Below, in pieces: positions 41,002 through 50,549 of a stretch of 64,000 bases of DNA. Source of the DNA: Candidatus Levybacteria bacterium RIFCSPLOWO2_12_FULL_41_12 (GTDB taxonomy: Bacteria > Patescibacteriota > Microgenomatia > Levybacterales > UBA12049). The position numbers and the translations under genes are program-made. The first letter of the stretch is position 1. Each line of letters begins with the position of its first letter. Below the pieces are notes generated by a model. That model had not been told where the DNA came from. It saw only the letters and a program-made list of their open reading frames with translations, and ran no database searches. Location: assembly GCA_001784155.1 (NCBI GenBank), contig MFPL01000006.1, positions 87,280-151,279 on the forward strand, read 5' to 3'.

Positions 41002-42453
41002 CCCTGTTGGATTATCAGTGTAATTGAGGATAGCGTCAAAGGGTTTTAGCAGGCTATATTTGACTAATCGTCCATCTAATACAGAGTTCTGAAGTATTAA
41101 CTTCAAAAGTTGCCTCTTTTCTTCTATTTCCGAACTTACGAACAAATTATAAGCGTTTTGAAGAAGCCGTAGAATGTATTCTGAGGTCAAATAGTAGTCG
41201 TCTTCGGCTTTCTGAAGATTAAATAGCTTAGTATCAATTTCGTCTATCTTTAGCTTAAAGGCTTTATACATTTTGTCATACCCATCGGCAGTAATACGCC
41301 CATCAAGTCTGTCTAAATACATTTCCTCAATCCTTTTTGCGTATTTTTCTTTTTCCTCGCTTAATTTCTTAACCTGTTCTTCTCTAAATTCGCTTTTACC
41401 CAGATGAACATTTCTAAGCGTTTCAATGGTTTCGTCTACCACACCCTCTGGCAACTGCAATTTTTTGAATAACTTCCCGAACTGTTCGGTTATATCTTCC
41501 TCACGAAGCCACTCTGCGTTGTGCTTGCCTTTATATTGAGTGCAGTGATAGTAAACATACTTATCTTTAGCCTTTTCAGGCGTTATCATACACCCGCAAT
41601 CGGCACAGCGAATAAGACCCCTATACATATAAGGCAACCCAGCGAATTTGAAGTGTTTTTTGTTGTATCCAGCCTTAATCTGTTGAACCTTGTCAAAAAG
41701 CTCTTTTGAAATAATCGTTTGGTATTTGTGTGAATAAAGTTTTCCCTTACTTAACATTTCCCCATAATAGAAAGGTTGCTTAAGGATAAAATCTACATAG
41801 CTGTTTGAAAAATTAAGATTGTAATCAGCTTTTAACTTTTCTCTTATGAGACGCATTGAAAATGCACCGGATGAATACCATTCATACATTTTTAGGACTA
41901 TTTTAGATTCAAATTCATCAGGCACTATATCTTTCTTTTCATTTTCTAAAGTAATGTTTTTATAGCCGTAAGGAGCTTTTCCAATCCATTGACCGCTTCT
42001 TAGCATTTGCTCTTGAGCCCTTTTAACATTGTCGCTTATTGCATCCGAGAAGTATTTCGCAAGCCCTAAACTAATACCAAACTGAAACTTTTCAACTGCT
42101 GATATTTGGCTGTTTATAACCTGCCCGTCTGATGGAAAATGTAGTTCTACCTCGTCTCTCAATGCCTTCTCGTATAGCGTTGCAACCCTTACATCAAAAA
42201 CATTCCTTGATAGTCTATCTACCTTATCAAAACAGACAACCATCTTTTCTTTTTGTCCAATTACGAAGTCTAAAATTTCGTCAAAGTCTTCTCTTTGGTC
42301 TTTATAAGCACTTTCATCAAAACTAAATTTCTTAATAATTTCGTATCCTTTTTTCTGGCAATATCCTTCAAGACGAGCTATCTGAGCAGGAAGAGAATTG
42401 CCTGCATCTTTTTGTTCTTCTGTTGATACACGAGCTATAATTATCGCTTCCAT
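40990..42453 (-). CDS. large serine recombinase (integrated, C-terminally truncated form)
   Basis: ARVSTEEQ catalytic Ser, DKVDRLSRN, APYGY, zinc ribbon CADCG...YYHC, coiled coil; stop lies inside tRNA T arm. Confidence 0.92.
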   Translation of the reverse strand: MEAIIIARVSTEEQKDAGNSLPAQIARLEGYCQKKGYEIIKKFSFDESAYKDQREDFDEILDFVIGQKEKMVVCFDKVDRLSRNVFDVRVATLYEKALRDEVELHFPSDGQVINSQISAVEKFQFGISLGLAKYFSDAISDNVKRAQEQMLRSGQWIGKAPYGYKNITLENEKKDIVPDEFESKIVLKMYEWYSSGAFSMRLIREKLKADYNLNFSNSYVDFILKQPFYYGEMLSKGKLYSHKYQTIISKELFDKVQQIKAGYNKKHFKFAGLPYMYRGLIRCADCGCMITPEKAKDKYVYYHCTQYKGKHNAEWLREEDITEQFGKLFKKLQLPEGVVDETIETLRNVHLGKSEFREEQVKKLSEEKEKYAKRIEEMYLDRLDGRITADGYDKMYKAFKLKIDEIDTKLFNLQKAEDDYYLTSEYILRLLQNAYNLFVSSEIEEKRQLLKLILQNSVLDGRLVKYSLLKPFDAILNYTDNPTGLRS

Positions 42454-42455
42454 AA

Positions 42456-44726
42456 TTAAAACTTTATTCTTTCCCATCCCTTTGCAGTCGTATTTTTGTT
42501 ATATTTGGCACCTTCATGAACGAACATTCCAGCCGATTTTGAGATTACTATTCCGCCAATAAGTTTCCTTGCCTTGTTTTTCCGAATGTAATCGTGTAAA
42601 ACATTTGCTTTCACTACAGTTTCATCACTTTCTGCGTGGATGCCTGATTTTGTATCGTAAATGCCTATTTTATCTTTGAAGAAAACTATGTAATCCGGAT
42701 AAAAAGAATGTTGTAATCCATCTTGAGGATGGATGTAGGGTATAGCAAAATATACTTCTTTATTCGTTCCATTTTTATACCAATAAAGAACAGATTTACT
42801 CTTGCTTATCATTTCTTCAAACTTCTGTTCTGGAATGCTACGAGAAGTTCTAAGATAACATGGACTCAGAGAATAATTCTTAACTTCAACCTTTTCGTGT
42901 AATTCATTGAAGTATTCTACCTCTGGAACATCCCAAAGCAATTCTTTCTTAACTTGCTTAGCTTCTTTATCTTTTCTATCTAATTCTTTGAATCTTTCTT
43001 TTGCCGACTCAATAATTTCCTTGAAGATTTTTTGATTGGATTCGGAACAAATTACAATTCTCTGAATTTCAATTCTACTAACATCTCCATAACCTAAGTA
43101 GTTATCAAACCAATCATATAAGCCTTGTTGAATCTTTGTGTGCGAACGAACAGGAGCATAAGGCAAGGAGCACGCTTTAGCAAAAAACTCAAACTTAAAT
43201 TTCAAATCGTCTTCCGACATAGTAAAGTTAACAATCTTTCCAATAACATTTTCTACATCGTCAATTCCTTGAAGGATAACATCGGAAATTATGGGTGTTG
43301 TTAATTCTTTTGGTAATAATTCAAGTTCCTTGTCAGCCTTCTTTTTGGCGACAGCTGGCATGTCTTTTTCCTTAATCCCAAAATACTTATTTGCTTCCTC
43401 TATTAGAAGTTTTCTAAAAGACAAGGTAAGGTCACCATAATCTATTCTTCTAAGGTATGTTGATGGAAGTTTTACTTCTTTATATTTTCCGATTCTATGA
43501 GCGGGTTGTATACGAAAGAAGGATTTGCTCTCAGAATCTTTTGCAATCTGAATCTTCGGTAGATTACTGTATACAAAGCCTTGATTTAATTCATCACTGT
43601 CGTAATGTTTCGCCTCAGGCATCCTCAAAATCCTTCCTACAGTTTGTATTTCAAAAGTCACGCTTTTTATGTCACGAAACATAATTAAGATTTGAGCACG
43701 AGGACAATCCCACCCTAAAGCTATTGCCTGCTTGAAAATAAGAACACGAACACCGTCATCGTTATTTGATATAGTCTCAATGTTTTCTTTCCTGTCAGAT
43801 AACCAAATTCCTAAAAGTCCATTTCCTACAGTTATATTATGTTTTGCATGCAAATATCTCATCACAAATATAATTTTTCTCACATCAAGAGCACTCATAG
43901 TTTCGCTTTCATTAGGCAGTTGAATAAGAATTAAGGGATTTATCTTTAATCTATTTTTATAAAGTTCAATAAGTTCTTTTTGTTTAGCGAGTGCAGATTC
44001 TAAAATAACCTCATCTGCAACGGAATTGAAGTCTTTATATTTTCCTATTTCCTCATTTATAACAACATCCTTTTTTATCATGCCCTGTTCTATTACATCC
44101 TCAAACTTAACAGAAATGTAACCAGCGTCTTCATTAGCAATATCCTCTGGTTTTGGCTCAAGTTTTGGAGTTGCAGAAACCTCAATTGTGAGCTTAGGAG
44201 CTATGACATCTTGCACAAGATTCTGTGATTTTTCTGACCAATAATGATAATGGCTCTCATCAACAATTAGTATTATTTGTAAGCCCTTTTCTTTTGTGTT
44301 GTTTATGAAAGTCCGGAGATTTCTATCATTTTCGTTTTCTCGCATATATAGATTGGTATACTCACCAGTTCTTCTATCTTGTTTTATAAGGCTATGCCAG
44401 TTAACAAAAGCAATTTCATTTTCTTTCAGTTCGTTATTTTGAATATCATCAAGATAGGAAAATGTATATCTGCTGGGATTAAGGTAATCTTCTAATTTTC
44501 CTCTGCTCTGTTTATGTAAATCGTTTCCGCTAATCCATAAGAAAGCATACTTAGAAGGTAATTGTTCATCTGCAAGATTTCTAAGGTAATCTGCTACAAC
44601 AATAGTTTTTCCAGAACCTGTAGGAGCCTTGAATACACATACTCTTTGACCATCTTTTGCAAGAAGAATCCTGCTGGCTTTCAGCAATTTATCTACTGCT
44701 GTTTCTTGGTAACGCTTAAGTTTCAT
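42456..44726 (-). CDS. res: type III restriction endonuclease subunit
   Basis: APTGSGKT, DESH, GWDCPR, QTVGRILR, C-terminal FYPDY...DTK. Confidence 0.88.
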   Translation of the reverse strand: MKLKRYQETAVDKLLKASRILLAKDGQRVCVFKAPTGSGKTIVVADYLRNLADEQLPSKYAFLWISGNDLHKQSRGKLEDYLNPSRYTFSYLDDIQNNELKENEIAFVNWHSLIKQDRRTGEYTNLYMRENENDRNLRTFINNTKEKGLQIILIVDESHYHYWSEKSQNLVQDVIAPKLTIEVSATPKLEPKPEDIANEDAGYISVKFEDVIEQGMIKKDVVINEEIGKYKDFNSVADEVILESALAKQKELIELYKNRLKINPLILIQLPNESETMSALDVRKIIFVMRYLHAKHNITVGNGLLGIWLSDRKENIETISNNDDGVRVLIFKQAIALGWDCPRAQILIMFRDIKSVTFEIQTVGRILRMPEAKHYDSDELNQGFVYSNLPKIQIAKDSESKSFFRIQPAHRIGKYKEVKLPSTYLRRIDYGDLTLSFRKLLIEEANKYFGIKEKDMPAVAKKKADKELELLPKELTTPIISDVILQGIDDVENVIGKIVNFTMSEDDLKFKFEFFAKACSLPYAPVRSHTKIQQGLYDWFDNYLGYGDVSRIEIQRIVICSESNQKIFKEIIESAKERFKELDRKDKEAKQVKKELLWDVPEVEYFNELHEKVEVKNYSLSPCYLRTSRSIPEQKFEEMISKSKSVLYWYKNGTNKEVYFAIPYIHPQDGLQHSFYPDYIVFFKDKIGIYDTKSGIHAESDETVVKANVLHDYIRKNKARKLIGGIVISKSAGMFVHEGAKYNKNTTAKGWERIKF

Positions 44727-46399
44727 TTGAATAATTTCCTATATACCTCCAATATGCTTTCAGGAATAGGACATAATTCGTGCTTTAATTCTAAATCTTC
44801 AAAGTCCTCATTAAAAGTATCATTTGTTAGAGAAAAAACATAAATACTAGCGGGAAGGTTTTGCTCTTTTAGCTTCTTCTTTAGTTCATCTAAATCATCT
44901 AAGTTAAATAAAATTCCAGTTGTATGCTTAGCATCTTTATAAATCTTAAAACCAGTCTTATCAAGAACTTTTTCAAAGGTGTTTTCTCTAATACATATCA
45001 TTTCTGTTGAGCGTTTAACTAATTCTTTCCTTGTATCGTCAGACACTTTAGACTTTGATACGAAAGAAGTTTTGAAATATCTTAAGTTAATTGGAATCCC
45101 AGTTAAATCTTCTAGACCTGAAACGCTTTTCGTAATAGCTTTAATCCTTTTGTAGGTAACATTCTCTGCGATATTGTTCTCATTGTTTGTGCAGAGGATA
45201 AATTGCCTCTTAAGACCATCCTTTTTATTGAGGATTGCTACTGCATGACCAGTCGTTCCAGAACCTGCAAAGAAATCAAGAATAATTGGTTGCCTCCTTT
45301 TTTTTGTTGCATAAGAGATAAAATCTATCATTGTATAAATTGATTTTGGAAATGGAAAATCAGTATCAGGCAACAATTTTTTTAAGAACATTGTTCCATG
45401 CGGTCCTGCATTATATCTTGAATCAAACCAATTACTGTAAACTGGTTTATAAACCTTGCTTCTTTTTTTTATCACTTTCATTGATAAGTTAGGAAGCGAA
45501 GCCTTGATTTCCTGTTTTGAAATTAAATCAATCATTGTCTCCCTTCCGTATCGCCATCTTCTTTCTCCGCCATTTCCATCAAGGGGATAAACTCTCTTGT
45601 ATCCCTCTGGAGTATCTTCCGTAGGATATTTTTCATCTTTTTTCAATTCTTCCCCGACACCTTTAATTTGTCCTGTTTTTTTATCTACTAGAATAGCAAA
45701 AAACATTCGTGGTCTTCCTATTCTATAGTAATCATTACCAGCACCTGCCTTGAGTAGGCTCCATTCTTCCGTGACTTCTTCAATGTAATCCCCTAAGAAT
45801 AGGTTTTTCCCTTTAGGAACTGAGACAATTGCATATTCATGTGTTGCTGAAATGTTAAGACCTCCTGAACCTTGAGGATGATGATTAACAACAACCACCT
45901 CATGCGTATACGAGGGCAGTATTTCTTCAAGTAACAATTTCAGATTTGCAAATTCATTATCGTCAATAGCACAGATAAGAATCCCATCCTCTGTTAATAG
46001 ATTTCTAGCAAGTGTAAGCCTGTGATGCATCATGTTAATCCATTTGCTATGTCTATAGTTATCATTACTATCTACATAATGATTGTTATATTTCCAATCT
46101 TTAGCTCCAGTATTGTAAGGAGGGTCAATATATATAACATCTATCTTTCCAGCATGGGTATAATTTAAAACCGAAAGTGAATGATAATTATCTCCTTCAA
46201 TTATTAAATTAGTAGGTAAGCCTTCATCTTTTTGTATAGCTTTATCTTTTGATTCTTCAAGGACTGGTAACTCTTTTTTACATTGCTCAACGACATCCTC
46301 AGGCTTATCTTCCCAAACTAAACCATATTTTTTACGCTTTTTAACTTCCTTAACAAGGGCAACCAATTCTTCCTTTGTCATGTCATCTATTTTTTTCAT
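44723..46399 (-). CDS. mod: type III R-M adenine methyltransferase
   Basis: IEGDNYHSL, YIDPPYNTG, FPFPKS, LDFFAGSGTTGHA. Confidence 0.9.
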   Translation of the reverse strand: MKKIDDMTKEELVALVKEVKKRKKYGLVWEDKPEDVVEQCKKELPVLEESKDKAIQKDEGLPTNLIIEGDNYHSLSVLNYTHAGKIDVIYIDPPYNTGAKDWKYNNHYVDSNDNYRHSKWINMMHHRLTLARNLLTEDGILICAIDDNEFANLKLLLEEILPSYTHEVVVVNHHPQGSGGLNISATHEYAIVSVPKGKNLFLGDYIEEVTEEWSLLKAGAGNDYYRIGRPRMFFAILVDKKTGQIKGVGEELKKDEKYPTEDTPEGYKRVYPLDGNGGERRWRYGRETMIDLISKQEIKASLPNLSMKVIKKRSKVYKPVYSNWFDSRYNAGPHGTMFLKKLLPDTDFPFPKSIYTMIDFISYATKKRRQPIILDFFAGSGTTGHAVAILNKKDGLKRQFILCTNNENNIAENVTYKRIKAITKSVSGLEDLTGIPINLRYFKTSFVSKSKVSDDTRKELVKRSTEMICIRENTFEKVLDKTGFKIYKDAKHTTGILFNLDDLDELKKKLKEQNLPASIYVFSLTNDTFNEDFEDLELKHELCPIPESILEVYRKLFK

Positions 46400-46400
46400 A

Positions 46401-46568
46401 TTATTTTTGCTTTAAAAATTTTTCCAAATCTTCCCTTCTTATCCTATATTGCTTTCCCGCCTTTAAGGCAATAAGTTTCTTTGCTCGTATCCATCTATAG
46501 ACGGTAAGGTAGGCGACATTAAGCATTTGAGAAACTTCTTCAATAGAATAAAACTGTTCTTCTTTCAT
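46401..46568 (-). CDS. excisionase-like HTH_17 protein (absent from ORF track)
   Basis: 55 aa MKEEQFYSIEEVSQMLNVAYLTVYRWIRAKKLIALKAGKQYRIRREDLEKFLKQK; ATGA overlap. Confidence 0.85.
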   Translation of the reverse strand: MKEEQFYSIEEVSQMLNVAYLTVYRWIRAKKLIALKAGKQYRIRREDLEKFLKQK

Positions 46569-47158
46569 ATTTTTAACCAATTTCTAATATCGCTCCACAT
46601 ATTCTCTTTTTCATTTTCCCAGTTGAGACAAATATAATCAAAGTGATAAAGCATTCTTCTGAAGGAAATGCTTTCTTCCGCTTTTGAATGACCCTCAAAA
46701 TTGTCAAATGCAAACATTGCCTTAACTTTTGGAAATAGTCTTTTAATATCGCCGGATATTACATTTGCGGAAATTGCATCGTGACTTGGGAAATTTGATA
46801 GCTTACTCGTGGTTCTTCTTGTAGCTTTTTTAAGCTCCATAATAATCGCTGGAACAATAATGTTTCCTCTTACCATTACGCCCGTTGTTTTTACAAAATC
46901 CCCAATTAGTTTTTCTCTTGGAATTGTCTGCTCATAGATGATTACATCTATTTCTTGTGCACCGCCATATAGCTTCCATTCTCCATCTTTTGTTTTGAAA
47001 AAGGAGAAATCACGAAGAATATAATTGTCCGAAGCATCGCTCTCATAGCCTCCTATTACTTTTATGGTTTTATTATCTATGCTTTTTAATTTTTCCCGTA
47101 AGAAACGGACGACTTCTCTGTTAAATTCCTGCTCCGTAGCAAAGATAGTATTTCGCAT
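46565..47158 (-). CDS. putative PD-(D/E)xK nuclease
   Basis: QEIDVIIY...AIIMELKK pattern. Confidence 0.5.
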   Translation of the reverse strand: MRNTIFATEQEFNREVVRFLREKLKSIDNKTIKVIGGYESDASDNYILRDFSFFKTKDGEWKLYGGAQEIDVIIYEQTIPREKLIGDFVKTTGVMVRGNIIVPAIIMELKKATRRTTSKLSNFPSHDAISANVISGDIKRLFPKVKAMFAFDNFEGHSKAEESISFRRMLYHFDYICLNWENEKENMWSDIRNWLKI

Positions 47159-47162
47159 ATCC

Positions 47163-48308
47163 TTATTTATCATTATTTATCATTTCAGCTTCAAAGTCAA
47201 CTAGGCTTAATGGTTCAAACTGTTCTATGCTCTGCCTAATAGGTTTGAATACATCAAGAGAATTTTTAGGATAATTATAGCTGTTCATTTGAGAATTAAA
47301 ATCATACCAACTGTTTCTAGGATGTTTTTTTAGTAGTTCTCGTAATTCTCTTGGATTATTTTCTTCCAATGCTTTACGAAAGCCTAAGGCTGTAAATACA
47401 TCTTTTATTTTTGTTTTGGTATTGTCTATTTCAAACTGAGCAATAAAATCTTTGCTTGATTTTGGGTCAAAATAAAGAGGTTTTGGGTATCCTTTTTCAA
47501 TATCTTCAAGATAGCTTAGAAGTATTTTTTGAGCAATTTCCTTTTTAAATATATTTTGAAAAGTTGGTTCTACCTTATATCCATTATCACTGAGCACTTT
47601 CCTCAATTTTTGCCTTGTGTTGATTCTTAACTCCATTCTCAAAACTTCAAAAGGCTTGTGTTTTCTTGCTTCTTGAATGTCGCTAAAAAGATTCATTTGA
47701 AGGGAATTATCTTTTTCTATTGCCCTTTTTTCGCTAATTTTTGCTTGCTCCAAATCTTTTATTTTGTCATAGAATGTTAATTCCCATGTATTGGCATGCC
47801 ATTTAATTGAATGTCCTTCATTTCTAAAATCTGATTGGTTGAAATCAAGCCTCTTCGTTATGTTGGCTTTGCTTAGTTCTTTTAAAACTGTGAAGGCAAT
47901 CAATCCATTTGTTAGTTTGATATTTTTAGAATAATGAACTGACGAAACTGGTGCTTTTATGAAAAGTTCCCAAAACACTTTGACTCCCATTTCGCTTAGC
48001 TTTGTTTGTAATAACTTAGCAACTGCTTTAAAATTCTCATCATCTAATTCTTCAAAATTATTTCCATAAAGCAACTTAGGTAAGGATAACTCTATTGAAA
48101 GGGTTGGTTCAAAGCGACCAGAGGAATTAAACCTTTTTTGTAAAGTTAATTTTGGTTTGTATATTCCGCTCATCAACTCTGATTTAGTCGGGTTTTGGAC
48201 AAGTGAAAAAAATCCTCTCGCAGAGTTCATAGTGTCTTTTTGAAATCGCCCAATATCTGTTACAAAAAACATATTATTTTCCAAAACTATTTTCACTGTA
48301 TCTATCAT
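47163..48308 (-). CDS. putative rolling-circle replication initiator (phage/plasmid gene II/X-like)
   Basis: MIDTV, ELSLPKLLYGNN, LTFYDK, LRMELR motifs. Confidence 0.6.
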   Translation of the reverse strand: MIDTVKIVLENNMFFVTDIGRFQKDTMNSARGFFSLVQNPTKSELMSGIYKPKLTLQKRFNSSGRFEPTLSIELSLPKLLYGNNFEELDDENFKAVAKLLQTKLSEMGVKVFWELFIKAPVSSVHYSKNIKLTNGLIAFTVLKELSKANITKRLDFNQSDFRNEGHSIKWHANTWELTFYDKIKDLEQAKISEKRAIEKDNSLQMNLFSDIQEARKHKPFEVLRMELRINTRQKLRKVLSDNGYKVEPTFQNIFKKEIAQKILLSYLEDIEKGYPKPLYFDPKSSKDFIAQFEIDNTKTKIKDVFTALGFRKALEENNPRELRELLKKHPRNSWYDFNSQMNSYNYPKNSLDVFKPIRQSIEQFEPLSLVDFEAEMINNDK

Positions 48309-48564
48309 TTTTCATTACATCTTCAAACTCTTTGATGACCTCCTTTTCTATTGATTTTGCGAAAACTTTGTTTATCGGATGGAAAATATTTATATTTCTT
48401 TCTCCTACTTTCTTTGTCGGGTATACTAACCGGTAACCGCCTTCTGGTCGTGTCAGAATGCCAATAGAACCTAAATATAGGCTCTCGTTTAATACGAAGC
48501 TCGCAAAGGCAACTAAGCCATTCTGTGGCTTAATAGGAATAATCTGAATTTCAGTTATTTTCAT
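48274..48564 (-). CDS. spoVG: SpoVG family nucleic-acid-binding protein
   Basis: MKITEIQI, LVAFASFVLN, LVYPTKK, IFHPIN. Confidence 0.8.
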   Translation of the reverse strand: MKITEIQIIPIKPQNGLVAFASFVLNESLYLGSIGILTRPEGGYRLVYPTKKVGERNINIFHPINKVFAKSIEKEVIKEFEDVMKNDRYSENSFGK

Positions 48565-48722
48565 TATTTTCTTTTCTTAGTTCTCTGGTCTATTTCAACC
48601 AAAAGACCCATAAACTTTACAAATCTATCTTTATATTCCCTTACTTCTTCGTCAGATAATTTCTTTCCATACATCTGCTCTAAGAAGTTTTTAAGTTTTT
48701 GCTTGCTGTCTGCTTTTTCCAT
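48564..48722 (-). CDS. 52-aa helical protein (absent from ORF track)
   Basis: MEKADSKQKLKNFLEQMYGKKLSDEEVREYKDRFVKFMGLLVEIDQRTKKRK; TAATG overlap with spoVG. Confidence 0.65.
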   Translation of the reverse strand: MEKADSKQKLKNFLEQMYGKKLSDEEVREYKDRFVKFMGLLVEIDQRTKKRK

Positions 48723-48826
48723 TAGGATAAGCGTGCTACCTCAATAAGCGTTGAGGTCAAGATTTAGGACATTTAGGTTATGAGGGTAAATTTGAAACCT
48801 CTATAGAGATTTCAAACCTAAAGGGG

Positions 48827-50233
48827 TTAAGGTTTTGGCAGTATTTTAATTCTGTATGCACCCACGGCTGGCTTATCTTCTGCGTTGTCGTCTTGTGTAG
48901 ATACTATAATTATTTTTTTCTTTGCTTCTTCGGGCATTCTATCTTCAATCTGTTTTATAGTTGAGCGAACATATCCAACATCTTTATTGCCTTTCATCTC
49001 ATTTATAGTAGCCCAACCGCCTTTTTTATCAGTAAGTGCCTTAAATATGTGTCTTCTATCTTCACTATTAAAGTCAATTTTCCCTAAAGTTCCAAAAACG
49101 AAACTATTACCTTCCCATCTAAAATCATCTTGCCAAGAAATTTTACTTTTATTTGTTTTTTCAAGAGCTTTGGTTGTTATTTGCTGATTTTCATTTTTTT
49201 GAATGAGCACCGGCTTATCTACGAGTTTATTTCCCCTAGACTTAATAGCTTTTACTTTATCAAGTAGATCATAATAGCTATTTATATTTAGCGTTATCTC
49301 TGCATCAAGAGACATTTCTCTATGTAGATAATCTATTATTACGCCTATTTTCTTTAGATAATCTAAAACTTTAATATAGCCACCTGTTAAGTCATCAATG
49401 TCTGAAGTATCATAGCCCTCAACATCGTGAAATGATGAAACGAAACTAAAGTTTATTTTATCTGATTGGACTATTTGCAATTGTTCTTCAATTTGCGTTA
49501 GCACAAGATAGATTTCGTTGAGATTACTTTCCGTAAGATTTTCTATACTTGTCCTGCGTTGAATTAAATAATTTGAATGCCATCTATGAAACTCAGGAAT
49601 ATCCAGCAAAAAATAATGAGTTGGCTGTTGATTAGGGGGTAGAAGTCTATTGTTTAATGGGTGGACTTTAAGAGCTTTCTCGTCTTGGAGTTGGAGAAGA
49701 ATGTTGCGTATTTCCTCTCTCGGTAATCGGTCTAACCCGTTTGTAGCATTTAAGTAAAGTGTTGCCGTAAAAAAGCCTTTGTGAAGAGTTTTACTAGCCT
49801 CTACTACCGCTTTAACGATAAGGTCTAGTTTTTCCTCATAGGTCATTACGGCGTTGCTGTTGGGCTTCGTTTGGCTACCTGCGGGCTTTTTGCCTGTAAA
49901 CTCTTGGTATTCTAGTTCTTGTTGGATTTTCAAGAAGTAGCTGTCAAAGGCTGGTAGAAGCTTTATATGCCAGCAACCATCGTCTGCGTGGTCGTAGGGG
50001 TCGGGGTCAAGTTCACCAAGAGTTGAATTTGCTCTCTTTGATGCTTTTAAGACTTTCAAAACCCGTTCGTCTTTTTCTAACTTGGCAAACAGTTGTGATA
50101 ATTCAACATCTCTGAAATTGCCATTCAGGTCGTTCATGGGGTCTATTTTCAAAGGTTGACCAGAAGGGGCTATAGTCCTTGCGTCGTCAATTGCGTCTAG
50201 GAGAAAGTAGAGTTTTTCTTTACCGTTCATCAT
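48827..50233 (-). CDS. hypothetical 468-aa protein, possible C-terminal winged helix
   Basis: Long ORF; C-terminal HIFKALTDKKGGWATINEM...VRSTIKQI...GAYRI. Confidence 0.65.
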   Translation of the reverse strand: MMNGKEKLYFLLDAIDDARTIAPSGQPLKIDPMNDLNGNFRDVELSQLFAKLEKDERVLKVLKASKRANSTLGELDPDPYDHADDGCWHIKLLPAFDSYFLKIQQELEYQEFTGKKPAGSQTKPNSNAVMTYEEKLDLIVKAVVEASKTLHKGFFTATLYLNATNGLDRLPREEIRNILLQLQDEKALKVHPLNNRLLPPNQQPTHYFLLDIPEFHRWHSNYLIQRRTSIENLTESNLNEIYLVLTQIEEQLQIVQSDKINFSFVSSFHDVEGYDTSDIDDLTGGYIKVLDYLKKIGVIIDYLHREMSLDAEITLNINSYYDLLDKVKAIKSRGNKLVDKPVLIQKNENQQITTKALEKTNKSKISWQDDFRWEGNSFVFGTLGKIDFNSEDRRHIFKALTDKKGGWATINEMKGNKDVGYVRSTIKQIEDRMPEEAKKKIIIVSTQDDNAEDKPAVGAYRIKILPKP

Positions 50234-50286
50234 AATTCATTACATTTTCAGTAGCAGTATTGTAATATTTTGCTAATATATACTCA

Positions 50287-50460
50287 ATGGTTGATATTAA
50301 AAGAGCGAGGGAATTATTAGGCAAAAGGGGCGAGCGGATGACTGATGAGGAAATTATGAGGGTTGAGGAGCAAATGAGAATCTGGGTAAATATAATAATT
50401 GATAGAGTTTTAGAAGATAAAAGAAATGGTGTGATGAAACATAAAAAACCGAGGGTGTAA
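50287..50460 (+). CDS. 57-aa helical protein (absent from ORF track)
   Basis: MVDIKRARELLGKRGERMTDEEIMRVEEQMRIWVNIIIDRVLED...; TGCTAATAT 7 nt upstream. Confidence 0.6.
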   Translation: MVDIKRARELLGKRGERMTDEEIMRVEEQMRIWVNIIIDRVLEDKRNGVMKHKKPRV

Positions 50461-50471
50461 CACCCTCGGTT
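50443..50471 (-). terminator. strong hairpin; U-tract on minus strand
   Basis: AACCGAGGGTGT-A-ACACCCTCGGTT preceded by A-run. Confidence 0.65.
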
Positions 50472-50549
50472 GACTTCTCGCAGACCCCTCTCTAACCACA
50501 AGCTATTTCCCCGACTTATTGTATATTGTTTTTGTGCTATAATTTAGAT

